DNA of 34,992 nt from a virus. Taxonomy: Duplodnaviria; Heunggongvirae; Uroviricota; Caudoviricetes. The position numbers and the translations under genes were made by a program. Each line of letters opens with the position of its first letter. Position 1 is the first letter of the stretch. Shown here in pieces: positions 34,132 to 34,992 of the stretch. The stretch spans positions 1 to 34,992 of IMG/VR virus record IMGVR_UViG_3300035520_000484. One strand, given 5' to 3'. The notes under the pieces are model-generated. The model worked only from the letters and a program-made list of their open reading frames with translations, ran no database searches and was not told the DNA's origin.

Positions 34132-34992
34132 TGGTTATTAATAGTTCAAATATACAAACAGTATATTATTATGGAGAAGAAATAAATGCTCTTTATAAAG
34201 GAAGTTCATTAATTTGGAAAAAAGAGGAAAAGAAAACAGATGACCTTTATGGAGGAATACTTGCTCGTTATAATGTAACATCAACTTCTTCTAGTACAAC
34301 TGTATTAGGAAATACAACAAATATATCAACAGTTAAGGATTTAACTTATGATAAGGATTGTGTTATGACATTATCAACTTCAGGAAGTGGATCTATACTA
34401 TTTACTTCTACTGGAGATCATGTATTAAACATGGCACCATAGCCTACAGGTCAGTATGATACTGACTATGTTATGAATACTAGAACAGTTTATAATTTAT
34501 CAACTAATAACAAACGTTTCTATAATTGTACAGAATTGACTCAATATATAGCTACAGATAGTTTAGTAACTTCAAGTGTAACTGATTTCAGTTATATGTT
34601 TTATGGTTGTTCTGCTTTAACAAGTGTTAATAAAGTAGATACTAGTGCAGCTACTAATTGTGCATATATGTTTTATAGTTGTAAGAAATTACCTGAAATA
34701 CCTAGTCTAGATACATCTAAATGTACAAACTTTAGTAGAATGTTTGGATATTGTTAGACAATTACTACTATACCTTCCATTGATACTTCATTAGGAACTA
34801 ATTTTAGTTATATGTTTAGTTATGACACTGCATTAACTTCAGTTCCTGCTCTAACAACATCTAAAGGAACTAATTTTGAGGGAATGTTTCAAGGCTGTAC
34901 TGCATTATCAACATGCCCTTCTCTGAATACATCTAAAGGAACTAGTTTTGGGTATATGTTTTATGGTTGTACAAAACTTACTTCAGTTACTT
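34131..34992 (+). CDS. DUF285/BspA-like leucine-rich repeat protein (3' end outside window; TAG=Gln)
   Basis: Tandem ~22-aa repeats: DTSAATNCAYMFYSC, DTSKCTNFSRMFGYC, DTSLGTNFSYMFSYD, TTSKGTNFEGMFQGC, NTSKGTSFGYMFYGC. Confidence 0.8.

Noticed and set aside
8473-34992. Pseudogenisation or sequencing errors as the cause of fragmented ORFs
   Set aside because: The breaks I traced are all in-frame TAG with no frameshifts, and essential motifs are intact. Recoding explains the pattern.
34560-34992. Periodic ~66-nt repeats as a possible CRISPR array
   Set aside because: They are degenerate, in-frame coding repeats of a DUF285/BspA-like protein, with no identical repeats or unique spacers.

Overview
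AT-rich, gene-dense segment of a crAss-like (Crassvirales-type) phage of a Bacteroidota host. It uses an alternative genetic code in which TAG is read as Gln (code 15), so the supplied code-11 ORF track is badly fragmented. Retranslated by hand with TAG=Q, the window tiles into about 28 abutting or overlapping genes that end only in TAA or TGA. Positions 1-3048 (minus strand) hold a peptidoglycan-enzyme cluster: PG-binding/LysM/YkuD L,D-transpeptidase-like, GH73 plus membrane module, and NlpC/P60+GH73. A pair of overlapping divergent Bacteroidota-type promoters (3073-3114) separates this from a plus-strand operon. The operon starts with a TAG-free block (holin-like gene, PD-(D/E)xK nuclease with a Gly-starting class-3 LAGLIDADG intein, Cys-rich protein, GroES-like protein). 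It continues with terminase, portal and a long structural/tail region. That region contains a translationally coupled giant metallophosphoesterase (1427 aa) and CotH-like kinase (2481 aa) pair, followed by tail-fibre, BACON and DUF285/BspA-like LRR proteins. I saw no rRNA, tRNA, CRISPR array or major capsid gene. All domain calls come from motif recognition by eye, not database searches, and the longest ORFs were only spot-checked for in-frame TAA/TGA.
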